Of a stretch of DNA of 64,000 nucleotides, positions 1 to 9,560 are shown piece after piece. Under the pieces are notes generated by a model. That model was not told the origin of the DNA and did not search any database. It worked only from the letters and a program-made list of their open reading frames with translations. Numbering within the stretch: the stretch's first letter is position 1; every line of letters starts with the position of its first letter. Source of the stretch: Clostridia bacterium. Lineage in GTDB: Bacteria; Bacillota; Clostridia; TANB77; CAG-465. The stretch lies in contig JAZSNU010000013.1 in NCBI GenBank assembly GCA_045536565.1, positions 1-64,000 on the forward strand, written 5' to 3'. The position numbers and the translations under genes are program-made.

Positions 1-40
1 TCCACTTTTATTTAAGTGTTTATACCTTTTTTAAAACGCG

Positions 41-80
41 AAAAAGCTAGTCTATATCGTTTGATATAAACTAACTCTTT
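41..80 (-). terminator. Intrinsic terminator / attenuator hairpin downstream of the (AT)n leader ORF
   Basis: Minus strand AGTTAGTTTATATC-AAAC-GATATAGACTAGCT followed by a T-run. Two G-U wobbles pair only on the minus strand. Confidence 0.7.
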
Positions 81-107
81 GTATTTCTAATATATTATTA
101 TGAGGCG

Positions 108-269
<162 letters not shown>

Positions 270-310
270 ATTTCGATTCACCTCTTTATTTTTCCTCTTT
301 TGATATATTT

Positions 311-340
311 ATTGTATACCATATTTTTTTATTTTTGCAA
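311..340 (-). promoter_or_regulatory. Possible sigma-A promoter for the leader
   Basis: Minus strand TTGCAA-N18-TACAAT, just past the phoH terminator. Confidence 0.4.
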
Positions 341-375
341 CATTTTATAATATTTTTTAAAATTATATATTGCAT

Positions 376-410
376 AAAAAAAGGCTAGGAAATTAATCCT
401 AACCTTTTTT
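376..410 (-). terminator. Intrinsic terminator after the phoH-family gene
   Basis: AAAAAAGGCTAGGA...TCCTAACCTTTTTT hairpin with A/T tails. Confidence 0.7.
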
Positions 411-415
411 GTGTT

Positions 416-1804
416 TTAAACAAGAATATCTACCGCAAGCTGTGCAAGTGGTGATCTAACTGTACCGTTTTCTCCACCTAATGTAATCTGTCTACAAAGT
501 TTCTGTCCCTTCATCATTTCAGACAAATATACAAGACCATTGTAGTTTTCAGACAAATCAGGTGCATCAATCTGTGTTGGGTCACCCAAGAATATAAACT
601 TTGAACCTTCACCTGCTCTTGATACAATAGATTTAGCAAACTCCGGGTCTACATTCTGCATTTCGTCAATTATAAACCAACGCTTCGCAATACTTCTTCC
701 ACGAATAAATCCAAGCGGCTGTATTTCTATAATACCAGTTTCAAACAAATCTAACCTTATTCTATTACGAATTTTAGAATAACTTTCAAATCCCATACCA
801 TTACATTTTTTATCATCATCATATTTTCCTTTGGTTGGATTGTACAATCTTTCTAAATTATCATATATTCCGTAAATATATGGATCAAACTTGTTTTCAA
901 TTTCGCCAGGCAAATATCCATATTCTTCACCATTACCATTAGTAATAGATCTTGTAATCAAGATTTGTTCATAGATATGTTTATCCATTGTTTGATCAAG
1001 TCCTGCTCCTAAAGAACAATATGTTTTACCAGTTCCGGCATCACCTTTTATTATTACAATTGGTGCTGATTCATCCGTTAATGCATGAAGTACAAATTTC
1101 TGTTTTACATTCTTTGGTTTAATGTCATAAGGATATCTTTCACTACATATTGGAACAATTTTTTCACCATCAAAATATCCAATAGCAGATGAGTTGCATC
1201 CTTTAATATTCAGATAAAGATTAGTAAGCCACTCTACACCTGTATTATCATGGATGTTTGATATATCCAAATATTTTTTAGAGTAAAGTGTATCAATATC
1301 ACTATCTGAGCAATAAACAGTTTCATATCCTTTGTACTGGTCTTTTATTGGAGGAAAAACTCTATCCTTTAATTCTTCCGCCACAATACCGATGTTTCTT
1401 GCCTTCATTCTAAGAGTATCATCATTTGATATAAGGACAACCTTTTTACCCTCTTTAATTAGACCCTGACATGTTTGAAGTATGCGCTTGTCTTTTGATG
1501 AAACATTATCAACTTCTACATTTTCATCTTTGTAATTAGTTGTCACTTTAAGAAGTGTTCCGTTTTCAAGGCGTACGCCTTCATTCATCAATTTTTTGCT
1601 ATCTAATTCTTCTGATAAATATTTTAAAAGTTTCTTACCTATTGCTCTACGAGCAGATTTTTCAGACTTTAACGAAGCCTTTAAATCTTCAAGTACAGCC
1701 ATTGGTATAACAATGTCATTATCATCAAATCTTTTAAGTGCCTCTGAGGAAGTGAGTAATGCAGGTTTGTTTAATACATAAGTCTTCTTTTCAGCCTTTT
1801 TCAT
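416..1804 (-). CDS. PhoH-family ATPase with N-terminal PIN domain (PhoH2/YlaK type)
   Basis: PIN-like N-terminus (IVIPMAVLEDL; ISNDDTLRMKA), Walker A GDAGTGKT, GYLPG, IRGRSI, IIDEMQN, GDPTQID, RSPLA. Confidence 0.9.
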   Translation of the reverse strand: MKKAEKKTYVLNKPALLTSSEALKRFDDNDIVIPMAVLEDLKASLKSEKSARRAIGKKLLKYLSEELDSKKLMNEGVRLENGTLLKVTTNYKDENVEVDNVSSKDKRILQTCQGLIKEGKKVVLISNDDTLRMKARNIGIVAEELKDRVFPPIKDQYKGYETVYCSDSDIDTLYSKKYLDISNIHDNTGVEWLTNLYLNIKGCNSSAIGYFDGEKIVPICSERYPYDIKPKNVKQKFVLHALTDESAPIVIIKGDAGTGKTYCSLGAGLDQTMDKHIYEQILITRSITNGNGEEYGYLPGEIENKFDPYIYGIYDNLERLYNPTKGKYDDDKKCNGMGFESYSKIRNRIRLDLFETGIIEIQPLGFIRGRSIAKRWFIIDEMQNVDPEFAKSIVSRAGEGSKFIFLGDPTQIDAPDLSENYNGLVYLSEMMKGQKLCRQITLGGENGTVRSPLAQLAVDILV

Positions 1805-1908
1805 AAAAATACCTCATTTCTTAATATTTGACTATTTAATTATACATAGCCCTAACTTATTTTTTGTGGTTAAAGTATACACTATGAAGATGATAAAATC
1901 AATATATT

Positions 1909-1915
1909 TGTCGAA
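1909..1915 (+). promoter_or_regulatory. Spo0A box (TGTCGAA) between phoH and the asnB-like gene
   Basis: Exact match to the TGNCGAA consensus in intergenic DNA. Confidence 0.4.
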
Positions 1916-1955
1916 TTTTGTTATATTTATTAATATATTTATCCCCTATATTTTT

Positions 1956-1984
1956 TCATACTAATTATCCTTTTAACATATATA
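1956..1984 (+). promoter_or_regulatory. sigma-E-like promoter of the asparagine synthetase gene
   Basis: TCATACT-N14-CATATATA. B. subtilis asnO is sigma-E dependent. Confidence 0.45.
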
Positions 1985-1988
1985 TATA

Positions 1989-3860
1989 TTGATTAAAAAA
2001 TTAGGAGGTAAACAGTGCGGAATTTGTGGATATATTAATTGTAATGAAAAAATACGAAACGATTATATAATAAAAAAGATGTTAAAAGAAACTAATAAAT
2101 ATTGTAGTGCAGATTCAAACATTTACATAGATACTAATATTGCATTAGCTAGTTACAATCCAAGCATAGTAGATTTATTAAACGATTGTAAACCATTATC
2201 ATTGGAATACAATTCAAATAAATACACTATAACATATAATGGACAGTTATATAACAGAAACCAGTTAAAAGACGAGTTAATAAATCTAGGGTTTTCGCTT
2301 AATACAAACTCAGATGCTGAAATAGTCCTTTTGTTATATATTATTTACAAAGAAAAGTGTTTAGATAAATTAAATGGTGTATATTCTTTTGCTATACATT
2401 CAAAAAACGAAAACTTGTTATTTACAGCAAGAGACAGATTAGGTGTAAAGCCACTATATTATACTATAACTAACAACACCTTTATCTTTGCATCTGAAAT
2501 AAAGACTATATTAAAACACCCATATGTTAAGGCAAAAATTGGGGAAAAAGAAATAATGGAATTGATAGGTCTAGGCCCTGCTCACACTCCTGGTAACACA
2601 TATTTTAAGGATATTCATGAACTTAAAGCAGGTCATTTTGCAACATTTTCAGATATTAATTTTAATACATATTGTTATTGGGATTTAAAAACAGACAACT
2701 TTGAAGACGATGTATATACTGCAATTTCTAGGACAAAAGAGTTAGTATCTAATTCATTAAAAGAACAATTAATTGCTGATGTTCCAGTATGTTGTATGCT
2801 TTCTGGCGGATTAGATTCTAGTGTACTTACAACACTTGCTAAACAAGAAAATTCTTGTCTTTCAACTTTTTCAATAGATTTTATAGGAAATGATACTGCC
2901 TTTGAGTCTAACAGTTATCAACCAACGCAAGATTCTGAGTATGTAAAAATAATGAGCGAATACTTAAAAACAAATCATAAAACAATATATTTTAAGAATG
3001 AAGATTTATATAATCTTTTAAAAGACTCTATGATTGCTCGTGATATGCCTGGAATGGCTGATATTGATGCATCAATGTATGCATTTTGCAAATCAATATC
3101 CGAAAACGGTTTTAAAATTGCAATATCAGGAGAATGCTCTGATGAAATATTTGGAGGTTACCCTTGGTATTATAGAGAAAAATTAGTGAATTACGACTCA
3201 TTTCCTTGGGCATTATCTGATAACATTAGAAATAACTTAATAAAAAAAGATTTATGCAAAAACTATAATATAAAAGAATATATAAAAGAAAGTTATGATA
3301 ATACTTTAAAAAATGTTGAACTTAATTCAAGTAACGATTTTGAAAACAAATTTAGAAAAACAAATTATTTAACTATAAAATGGTTTATGAACACATTAAT
3401 TGAAAGAACGGATAGAACATCTACTGCTACTGGTTTAAATGTAAGAGTTCCATTTGCAGATTACAGATTATTTGAATACATATATAATGTACCTGCAAAA
3501 TATAAATTGGGATTAGTTCATAACACAGAGCCTGTTGAAAAATATTTACTTAGAAAAGCATTTGAATCAGAACTTCCAAAAGATGTTGTATATAGAAAAA
3601 AATCTCCTTTTCCTAAAACATACGGAAATGATTATTTATCTCTTGTTAAAAACGAAATACAAAATATATTAAATGACGAATCAAGTCCACTTAATCAAAT
3701 TATAGATAAAAATTATATACAAAAAATATTAGAATCAGATGGTTCAATTTTAACTGAAAATTGGTTTGGTCAATTAATGACTTATCCTCAGCTACTGGCA
3801 TATCTAATCCAAATAAATATGTGGCTAAAAGAATATGATATAAATATAGAAATATCATAA
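1989..3860 (+). CDS. asnB: Asparagine synthetase (glutamine-hydrolyzing) family, AsnB/AsnO-like; start codon anomalous
   Basis: CGICG N-terminus, YNGQLYN, ARDRLGVKPLYY, LSGGLDSS, SGECSDEIFGGY, RVPFAD, EKYLLRKA, RKKSPFP. Confidence 0.85.
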   Translation: MIKKLGGKQCGICGYINCNEKIRNDYIIKKMLKETNKYCSADSNIYIDTNIALASYNPSIVDLLNDCKPLSLEYNSNKYTITYNGQLYNRNQLKDELINLGFSLNTNSDAEIVLLLYIIYKEKCLDKLNGVYSFAIHSKNENLLFTARDRLGVKPLYYTITNNTFIFASEIKTILKHPYVKAKIGEKEIMELIGLGPAHTPGNTYFKDIHELKAGHFATFSDINFNTYCYWDLKTDNFEDDVYTAISRTKELVSNSLKEQLIADVPVCCMLSGGLDSSVLTTLAKQENSCLSTFSIDFIGNDTAFESNSYQPTQDSEYVKIMSEYLKTNHKTIYFKNEDLYNLLKDSMIARDMPGMADIDASMYAFCKSISENGFKIAISGECSDEIFGGYPWYYREKLVNYDSFPWALSDNIRNNLIKKDLCKNYNIKEYIKESYDNTLKNVELNSSNDFENKFRKTNYLTIKWFMNTLIERTDRTSTATGLNVRVPFADYRLFEYIYNVPAKYKLGLVHNTEPVEKYLLRKAFESELPKDVVYRKKSPFPKTYGNDYLSLVKNEIQNILNDESSPLNQIIDKNYIQKILESDGSILTENWFGQLMTYPQLLAYLIQINMWLKEYDINIEIS

Positions 3861-3903
3861 AAAGGGCGAAGGAGTTACGAATAATTTTTCGTAACCCCTT
3901 CTA
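3861..3903. terminator. Hairpin terminator serving asnB (+) and a minus-strand transcript
   Basis: AAGGAGTTACGAA-TAATTT-TTCGTAACCCCTT. The G-U wobble and T-run favour the minus strand. Confidence 0.7.
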
Positions 3904-3924
3904 ATATATATATAATTATAAAGG

Positions 3925-4075
3925 ATATAGCAACTTTTGTTACCATTTGCTGTATACAAATGGCCTGTTCATCTTTGCCAAACCAGACCGCCACTTTACT
4001 TGTCAGTCTCACGTGTAGAGATTTCACACAATCCTACAACCCGCAGATAGTAAAGGTATACTATCAAGGTAGTAT
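3925..4075 (-). ncRNA. Candidate structured non-coding RNA, family unknown
   Basis: GC-enriched, ORF-less island with at least 5 minus-strand hairpins (GATAGTA/TACTATC, GTGTG/TACAC, GGTCTG/CAGGCC, CCATTTG/CAAATGG, GTAAC/GTTGC), flanked by promoter and terminator. Confidence 0.5.
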
Positions 4076-4257
4076 AATAAAGATTATATGTCTAATAAAT
4101 ATATATTTTACTACTATTTGATAATTTATATAAAGTATAAAACTCTATATAAGTTAAAATAATATTTATGAATACATATTATAATTAATTTACGAATTTA
4201 TTCTTTTTGGTATCATATTTTTATTAAAACAATGTTTTCCGTTTTATCAATATAAAC

Positions 4258-4285
4258 ATTATATCACATTTTATTTTTATGTCAA
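4258..4285 (-). promoter_or_regulatory. sigma-A promoter pointing into the ORF-less 3860-4250 region
   Basis: Minus strand TTGACA-N16-TATAAT with an extended -10 TG. Confidence 0.55.
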
Positions 4286-4409
4286 GTCAAATTCGCGTAT
4301 TGTTCAACAATATTGATAAATATATTTAATTTAAGTAGCAAAATATTTACAAAATATAGACATTTATTATAATATTGTATATAATATTTTAATATAAGGA
4401 GCGATAAAT

Positions 4410-5144
4410 ATGTTACAACAAATTATTGGAAAAATGAGACGAGCAATAGATGATTTTAATATGATTGATGATGGGGATAAAATTGCTGTTGGATTATCAG
4501 GGGGAAAAGATAGCATTACTCTACTTTATGCGCTATATTATTTAAGAAAATTTTATACTAAAAAGTTTAATATAATAGCTATTACAATACATCCAGGAAA
4601 TGATACTTTTAAAACAGATAAATTAGAAAAATTATGTAGTGATTTAGGTATAGAATATATTGTATATAACTCAAATATATCAGAAGTAGTATTTAATATT
4701 CGTAAGGAAAAAAATCCTTGTTCACTTTGCGCAAATATGAGAAGAGGAATGTTAAATAGCATTGCTATCGAAAACGGCTGTACTAAAATAGCACTTGGAC
4801 ATCATATGGATGATGTAATGGAAACATTTATGATGAGTGTATTTTTAAATGGTAAAATTCATACTTTTGCACCTGTTACATATTTAAGTCGTAGCGATGT
4901 TAAAACAATAAGACCAATGATATATGTAGATGAAAAATCTATAAGGGCTGTGGCAAGAGATAAAAATTATCCTACTGTAAATAAATGCTGTCCTGCTGAT
5001 GGTTTTACTAAAAGAGAATATATGAAAGATTTAATTAAGGAAATGAAAAAAGATATTCCGAAAGTAAAAGAGCATATTTTTGGAGCAATTAAACGCTCTA
5101 ATATAAAAGGATGGGAAATATTAAATGATTCTGATTATGATTAA
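4410..5144 (+). CDS. ttcA: TtcA-family tRNA thiolation PP-loop ATPase
   Basis: SGGKDS PP-loop, CSLC, GHHMDD, IRPM. Confidence 0.85.
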   Translation: MLQQIIGKMRRAIDDFNMIDDGDKIAVGLSGGKDSITLLYALYYLRKFYTKKFNIIAITIHPGNDTFKTDKLEKLCSDLGIEYIVYNSNISEVVFNIRKEKNPCSLCANMRRGMLNSIAIENGCTKIALGHHMDDVMETFMMSVFLNGKIHTFAPVTYLSRSDVKTIRPMIYVDEKSIRAVARDKNYPTVNKCCPADGFTKREYMKDLIKEMKKDIPKVKEHIFGAIKRSNIKGWEILNDSDYD

Positions 5145-5151
5145 ATAAAGG

Positions 5152-5186
5152 AAAAGAGTACTAACATTGATTGTTAGTGCTCTTTT
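5152..5186. terminator. Bidirectional terminator
   Basis: AAAAGAGTACTAACA...TGTTAGTGCTCTTTT between convergent genes. Confidence 0.7.
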
Positions 5187-5215
5187 AAGAGAGTTAGATA
5201 TTATTCTTTTGTCTT

Positions 5216-5686
5216 TTAAAATGATATCTTTTTTATATTGTCTTTTTGATTATATTCTTCTTTACTAAAATCCTTCTTTATTACTCCTGTTGTATTCATA
5301 TAGTAATCATGTTTATCTATAATTTCGTTTACATCTTCTTTTATATCATACACATCATAGCAATTTATTACATAGCCATTAAATTCATTAATATCTAAAA
5401 ATTTATTTGCATTTTCTACAAATCTTTCTTTACCATGTACTACATATACAAATTTTTCATTTGCATAATCATTTAATATATCTTCATTTAACCACTCTGA
5501 ATAGTACATTCTATCTTGCATATTTTTATAAAATTTATTAATTATTTTCTTTATTTTTTTAGTTTCCTCTTTTTCGTTTATATAAATAATTTTAACATTA
5601 CTTAATCTACTTTCTATAAAATTATTAGCAATTATTAATGCATGAGTTGTATTTACTGTAAAACAACAAAACTTAATTTTTTTCAT
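5216..5686 (-). CDS. Hypothetical protein
   Basis: 156-aa ORF with AGGAGG RBS. Confidence 0.7.
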   Translation of the reverse strand: MKKIKFCCFTVNTTHALIIANNFIESRLSNVKIIYINEKEETKKIKKIINKFYKNMQDRMYYSEWLNEDILNDYANEKFVYVVHGKERFVENANKFLDINEFNGYVINCYDVYDIKEDVNEIIDKHDYYMNTTGVIKKDFSKEEYNQKDNIKKISF

Positions 5687-5762
5687 ATTATTTCCTCCTT
5701 AGTTATATCCAAATTTTACCATTTAATATATTCATAGTCAACGAAGATTTTTATACAGTTTT

Positions 5763-5791
5763 GTATAATTTTGGAAAATACTCCCATAATA
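5763..5791 (+). promoter_or_regulatory. Forespore (sigma-F/G-like) promoter of spoIIR
   Basis: GTATA-N17-CATAATA. Confidence 0.35.
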
Positions 5792-5807
5792 TATATGGTG
5801 ATAAATT

Positions 5808-6407
5808 ATGAGGAAAAATTATTGTGCATATATTTTTATATTTTCTATTATTCTTCTTAATCTTTTTATATTATATTGCTCAAATAAAACAAAAAATAAT
5901 CAAGAAAATTATTTTAGATTACATGTTGTAGCAAACAGTAATTCAATAGATGATCAAATCGTAAAATTAAAGGTATCTAAAAAAGTAACAAACTATATAA
6001 ACTCCTTGCTTAATAACTACAACAATACAAACAAAGATTTTGCAAAAGAAAAAATAACAGAAAATATAGATGAATTACTTGAAATTGCAAATATTGAGAT
6101 TAAAAACAACAATACAGATTATTTTGCTTATGCAAACATTGGAAAGATATCTTATGATAAAAAATATTCAGACCAAATTAACATGAAAAAAGGTACATAT
6201 GATTCTGTTCAAATAGTATTAGGTAAAGGAAAAGGTGAAAATTTTTGGTCATTAATATTTCCTTATGTTTATGTTAATGAAGAAGATGAAAATATAAAGG
6301 AGGATTATATCAATAAAATAGATTCAAATAATATGATGAAAGATAATATTGAAATTAAAAGTGGATTATTAGAAGATATAAAAAAGGTAGTTAAGCTATT
6401 TTCTTAA
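5808..6407 (+). CDS. spoIIR: Stage II sporulation protein R
   Basis: Signal peptide, FRLHVVANSNSIDDQIVKLKV, GTYDSVQIVLGKGKGENFWSLIFP. Confidence 0.9.
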   Translation: MRKNYCAYIFIFSIILLNLFILYCSNKTKNNQENYFRLHVVANSNSIDDQIVKLKVSKKVTNYINSLLNNYNNTNKDFAKEKITENIDELLEIANIEIKNNNTDYFAYANIGKISYDKKYSDQINMKKGTYDSVQIVLGKGKGENFWSLIFPYVYVNEEDENIKEDYINKIDSNNMMKDNIEIKSGLLEDIKKVVKLFS

Positions 6408-6420
6408 CTACCCTAATTTA

Positions 6421-8811
6421 TTAATTACCATATGGCTTTATAAATCCTGTATCTTTATCATTTTCTTCTGGTTCAGGGGCAGGCGCTGATGTATGAACTG
6501 GACAAGTTTCTGTTACAATCATTCTATCCATGTCGCTAGTTCTTCCCTTTAACGCTTCATCCCTTGTTATAAATGCTCTTTCTTCAGTACTTGGGCAAAA
6601 CTCTGTTGCAATTTTTCCTGTTTGACTACATATTGTTGCCATTTTGTGCACTTCACAAGTTTCTGTTGGTACTGTTCCTGATGCAAATATTTCTGATTGA
6701 ACTGCTGCTCTAAATTTATTTCCACCGTACGCCTTACACGCATCTGTTGCTACTTTTCCAGAGAAAGTACATATACTTGCTTTTACAATTGAGCTTGGTA
6801 CTGTAAATTGCTTGTTTTCAAGACCATTATGAATATCTTTCATGACATCTGTCCAAACTCTCATTGCTGTATATGGATATGCCCTACCAATTGGTTTTGG
6901 ATCATCATAACCATTCCATACTGCTGCTGTATAGTGTGGGGTATATCCTACAAACCATTGATCCTTATCATCATTAGAGTTACCCGTTTTACCTGCTATT
7001 CCCATATTTCTATTAAATCTTGTTGTTGTTGCTGTTCCACTTTCTACAACTGTTCTTAAACAATCTGTAATCATATATGCTGTTGTATCTTTCATGACTC
7101 TTTTGGCTTCAGTTTTAGTAGATAAAATCTCTTTACCGTCTGCATCAACAACTTTTGTATATAACTTAGGCTCTATATATACTCCTCCATTTGCGAATGC
7201 CGAATAAGCACCTGCCATTTCAAGTACAGTTGAACCTGATGTTAAACCACCAAGCGCTACTGATAAAGAATTGTTATCTGCTTCTCTAAATGTACTTATT
7301 CCTAAATCTTTTGCAAATTTTATTGCATAATCTGCTCCAACTGATTTCATTGCTTTTACAGCAGGAATATTCATAGATTGATTTATAGCATCTCTTGCTG
7401 ATACATATCCATTAAAATATCCATAATAGTTATTTGGAGAATATCCTCCACCAAAATCTGTTTTTGTATCATCGTATCCCATACCAGGATATGAAACACC
7501 TTTTTCAAACGCTGGCGCATATGCTGCTATTGGTTTAAAACATGAACCTGGTTGTCTTTCTGCTTGTGTTGCTCTGTTAAAGCTAAGATCTTCTGATTTT
7601 TCTCCTGCACCACCAGAAAGTCCTACAACATTACCTGTCACATTATCTATTACAACCATACCAGCTTGCATAAATGTTCCGCTTCTATCTGTATAAAACC
7701 AATCTTTATTGTTAAATGCATCATCTATTGATTGTTGTACACTCGCTATCTGTGGTGTATATATTTTATATCCGTTGTTATATATCATTTGCAGAGCTAA
7801 CTCTCTTGATACATTTTGTTGTTCCATTAAATCATCTACAACTGCTTCAATAACTGCATCTACATAATAACTATATTTTGTACCTGTTGCTACTTTACCT
7901 TTTTCATATTTTATCTCATAAGCCATTGCTTCATCGTATTCTTCTTTTGATATTTTTTCAAGTTCTAACATCTTGCCAAGAACAACTTCTTTTCTGTCTT
8001 TTAATTTTTGTGCTGCCTCTTCACTTCTATATGGGTTATATCCTTCTGGAAGTTGAATTATAGCGGCAAGTGTTGCTGCCTCTGCTATATTTATCTCAGT
8101 AACCGACTTATTAAAATATGTATGTGATGCTACTTCTACACCATGCGCCCCTGCTCCTAGATATATTGTATTTAAGTATGATTCCATTATATCTTCTTTT
8201 TCTAATGTATTCTCTAAACTTATTGCTCTATACCATTCTCTTATTTTTCTAGTCCATGCTTTTTCTTTATCACCTGTTGTATTTTTTATTAACTGTTGAG
8301 TAATTGTACTTCCACCAAATGTAGAATCTCCACTATTTATAACATAAGTAAATATAGCTGCTGCTGTTCTTTTAATATCAACCCCACCATGTTCCCAGAA
8401 TCTCTCGTCTTCAATAGATACAACTGCATCTATTAAATGCTGTGGTATTTTATCGTAAGAGACTGTTACTCTGTTTTCATCACCATACAAAGCTGCTATT
8501 TCATTTCCATCACTGTTATATATAAATGATGTCAATTTAAGATTTTGTAATTGCTCTAAATCTACACTTTCTGTCTTGTCTATTATTCCAGTAATTACTC
8601 CAATTACAACACCAGTTCCTATTATTCCAAGCGCTATAAATGTAAATAGACAAACCTTAAATATCTTCCAACCTAACTTTTTCCTTTTTCCTTTTTTCTT
8701 TTTATATTCCTTTGCCTCTTTACTATTTGGATCGTCTATTTTTCTTTTATAATTCAATCTTTTTAATTTAATCTTTTTATTTCTTTTATTATCCTCTTTT
8801 TTTGACGGCAT
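6421..8811 (-). CDS. Class A penicillin-binding protein (PBP1A family)
   Basis: Basic N-tail plus TM, EDERF and GGSTITQQLIKN (transglycosylase), SCFK, SMN and KTG (transpeptidase), Cys-rich C-tail. Confidence 0.93.
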   Translation of the reverse strand: MPSKKEDNKRNKKIKLKRLNYKRKIDDPNSKEAKEYKKKKGKRKKLGWKIFKVCLFTFIALGIIGTGVVIGVITGIIDKTESVDLEQLQNLKLTSFIYNSDGNEIAALYGDENRVTVSYDKIPQHLIDAVVSIEDERFWEHGGVDIKRTAAAIFTYVINSGDSTFGGSTITQQLIKNTTGDKEKAWTRKIREWYRAISLENTLEKEDIMESYLNTIYLGAGAHGVEVASHTYFNKSVTEINIAEAATLAAIIQLPEGYNPYRSEEAAQKLKDRKEVVLGKMLELEKISKEEYDEAMAYEIKYEKGKVATGTKYSYYVDAVIEAVVDDLMEQQNVSRELALQMIYNNGYKIYTPQIASVQQSIDDAFNNKDWFYTDRSGTFMQAGMVVIDNVTGNVVGLSGGAGEKSEDLSFNRATQAERQPGSCFKPIAAYAPAFEKGVSYPGMGYDDTKTDFGGGYSPNNYYGYFNGYVSARDAINQSMNIPAVKAMKSVGADYAIKFAKDLGISTFREADNNSLSVALGGLTSGSTVLEMAGAYSAFANGGVYIEPKLYTKVVDADGKEILSTKTEAKRVMKDTTAYMITDCLRTVVESGTATTTRFNRNMGIAGKTGNSNDDKDQWFVGYTPHYTAAVWNGYDDPKPIGRAYPYTAMRVWTDVMKDIHNGLENKQFTVPSSIVKASICTFSGKVATDACKAYGGNKFRAAVQSEIFASGTVPTETCEVHKMATICSQTGKIATEFCPSTEERAFITRDEALKGRTSDMDRMIVTETCPVHTSAPAPEPEENDKDTGFIKPYGN

Positions 8812-8865
8812 ATTACTTCACCTCAAATAACATTTTACTATATTAGTAGCAAAAAAACAATACAT

Positions 8866-9447
8866 TTAAACTCTTTTGTAATCTTTTTGTAACAATACAT
8901 ATTTAACATCGGATATACCACATATTGGAGTTGCTCCACACTTTAAAATATAATTTGCAAGATAACTTTTAGGATTAAATATTTCCCCTGGTATACAGTA
9001 TATTTCTTTTCCGAAATCAAGTGCAATATCTACAATTTCAAATCCTCTTTTTATATTAGATACTTTATTTACAACCATATCATCTGCTATCATAACTGCT
9101 ATATAATTAATTATATATTGTATATTTTGCTCATTAATATTTGGCTTAAATCTTGCATATATTGCACATTTATCTTCAACATTTAATATATTAACATATT
9201 CATTATTATTTATACTTTTCTTAATAAAATTTCCTGATGAAATAGAGTTCCAATTTTGTTTAAATAATTTGTTATATACATTAATATTTTCTACATTATT
9301 TCCTTCTAACATATACATTGTTTTTTTACTCAATATATTATTTGATTTTTTTGTATTATACAACAAAACAAAATCTATCAATCCAAGTTTTTTTATATAC
9401 TTATCGTGTATATTATATAGATATGTCCTCTTATTTATTTTATTCAC
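8866..9447 (-). CDS. Divergent, truncated DprA/Smf-like protein
   Basis: C-terminal ALDFGKEIYCIPGEIFNPKSYLANYILKCGATPI resembles the DprA C-terminal motif. Central motifs are not recognisable. Confidence 0.55.
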   Translation of the reverse strand: MNKINKRTYLYNIHDKYIKKLGLIDFVLLYNTKKSNNILSKKTMYMLEGNNVENINVYNKLFKQNWNSISSGNFIKKSINNNEYVNILNVEDKCAIYARFKPNINEQNIQYIINYIAVMIADDMVVNKVSNIKRGFEIVDIALDFGKEIYCIPGEIFNPKSYLANYILKCGATPICGISDVKYVLLQKDYKRV

Positions 9448-9560
9448 TTTTATTTATATCACCTATTAAAATTATATTACCAATTATCCTTGTGTCAACA
9501 AAAATCGTATCTTAAAAAATGACAAAAATAGAGAGCCATTTTGCTCTCTATTTCAAAATA

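Noticed and set aside
3925-4075. Known riboswitch or ribozyme (T-box, ZTP, c-di-GMP, hammerhead) or tmRNA/RNase P/SRP
   Set aside because: Diagnostic motifs are absent (for example CUGACAA rather than CUGANGA, no GGUGGNACC, no GAGGAAAGUCC) and there is no downstream gene on that strand.
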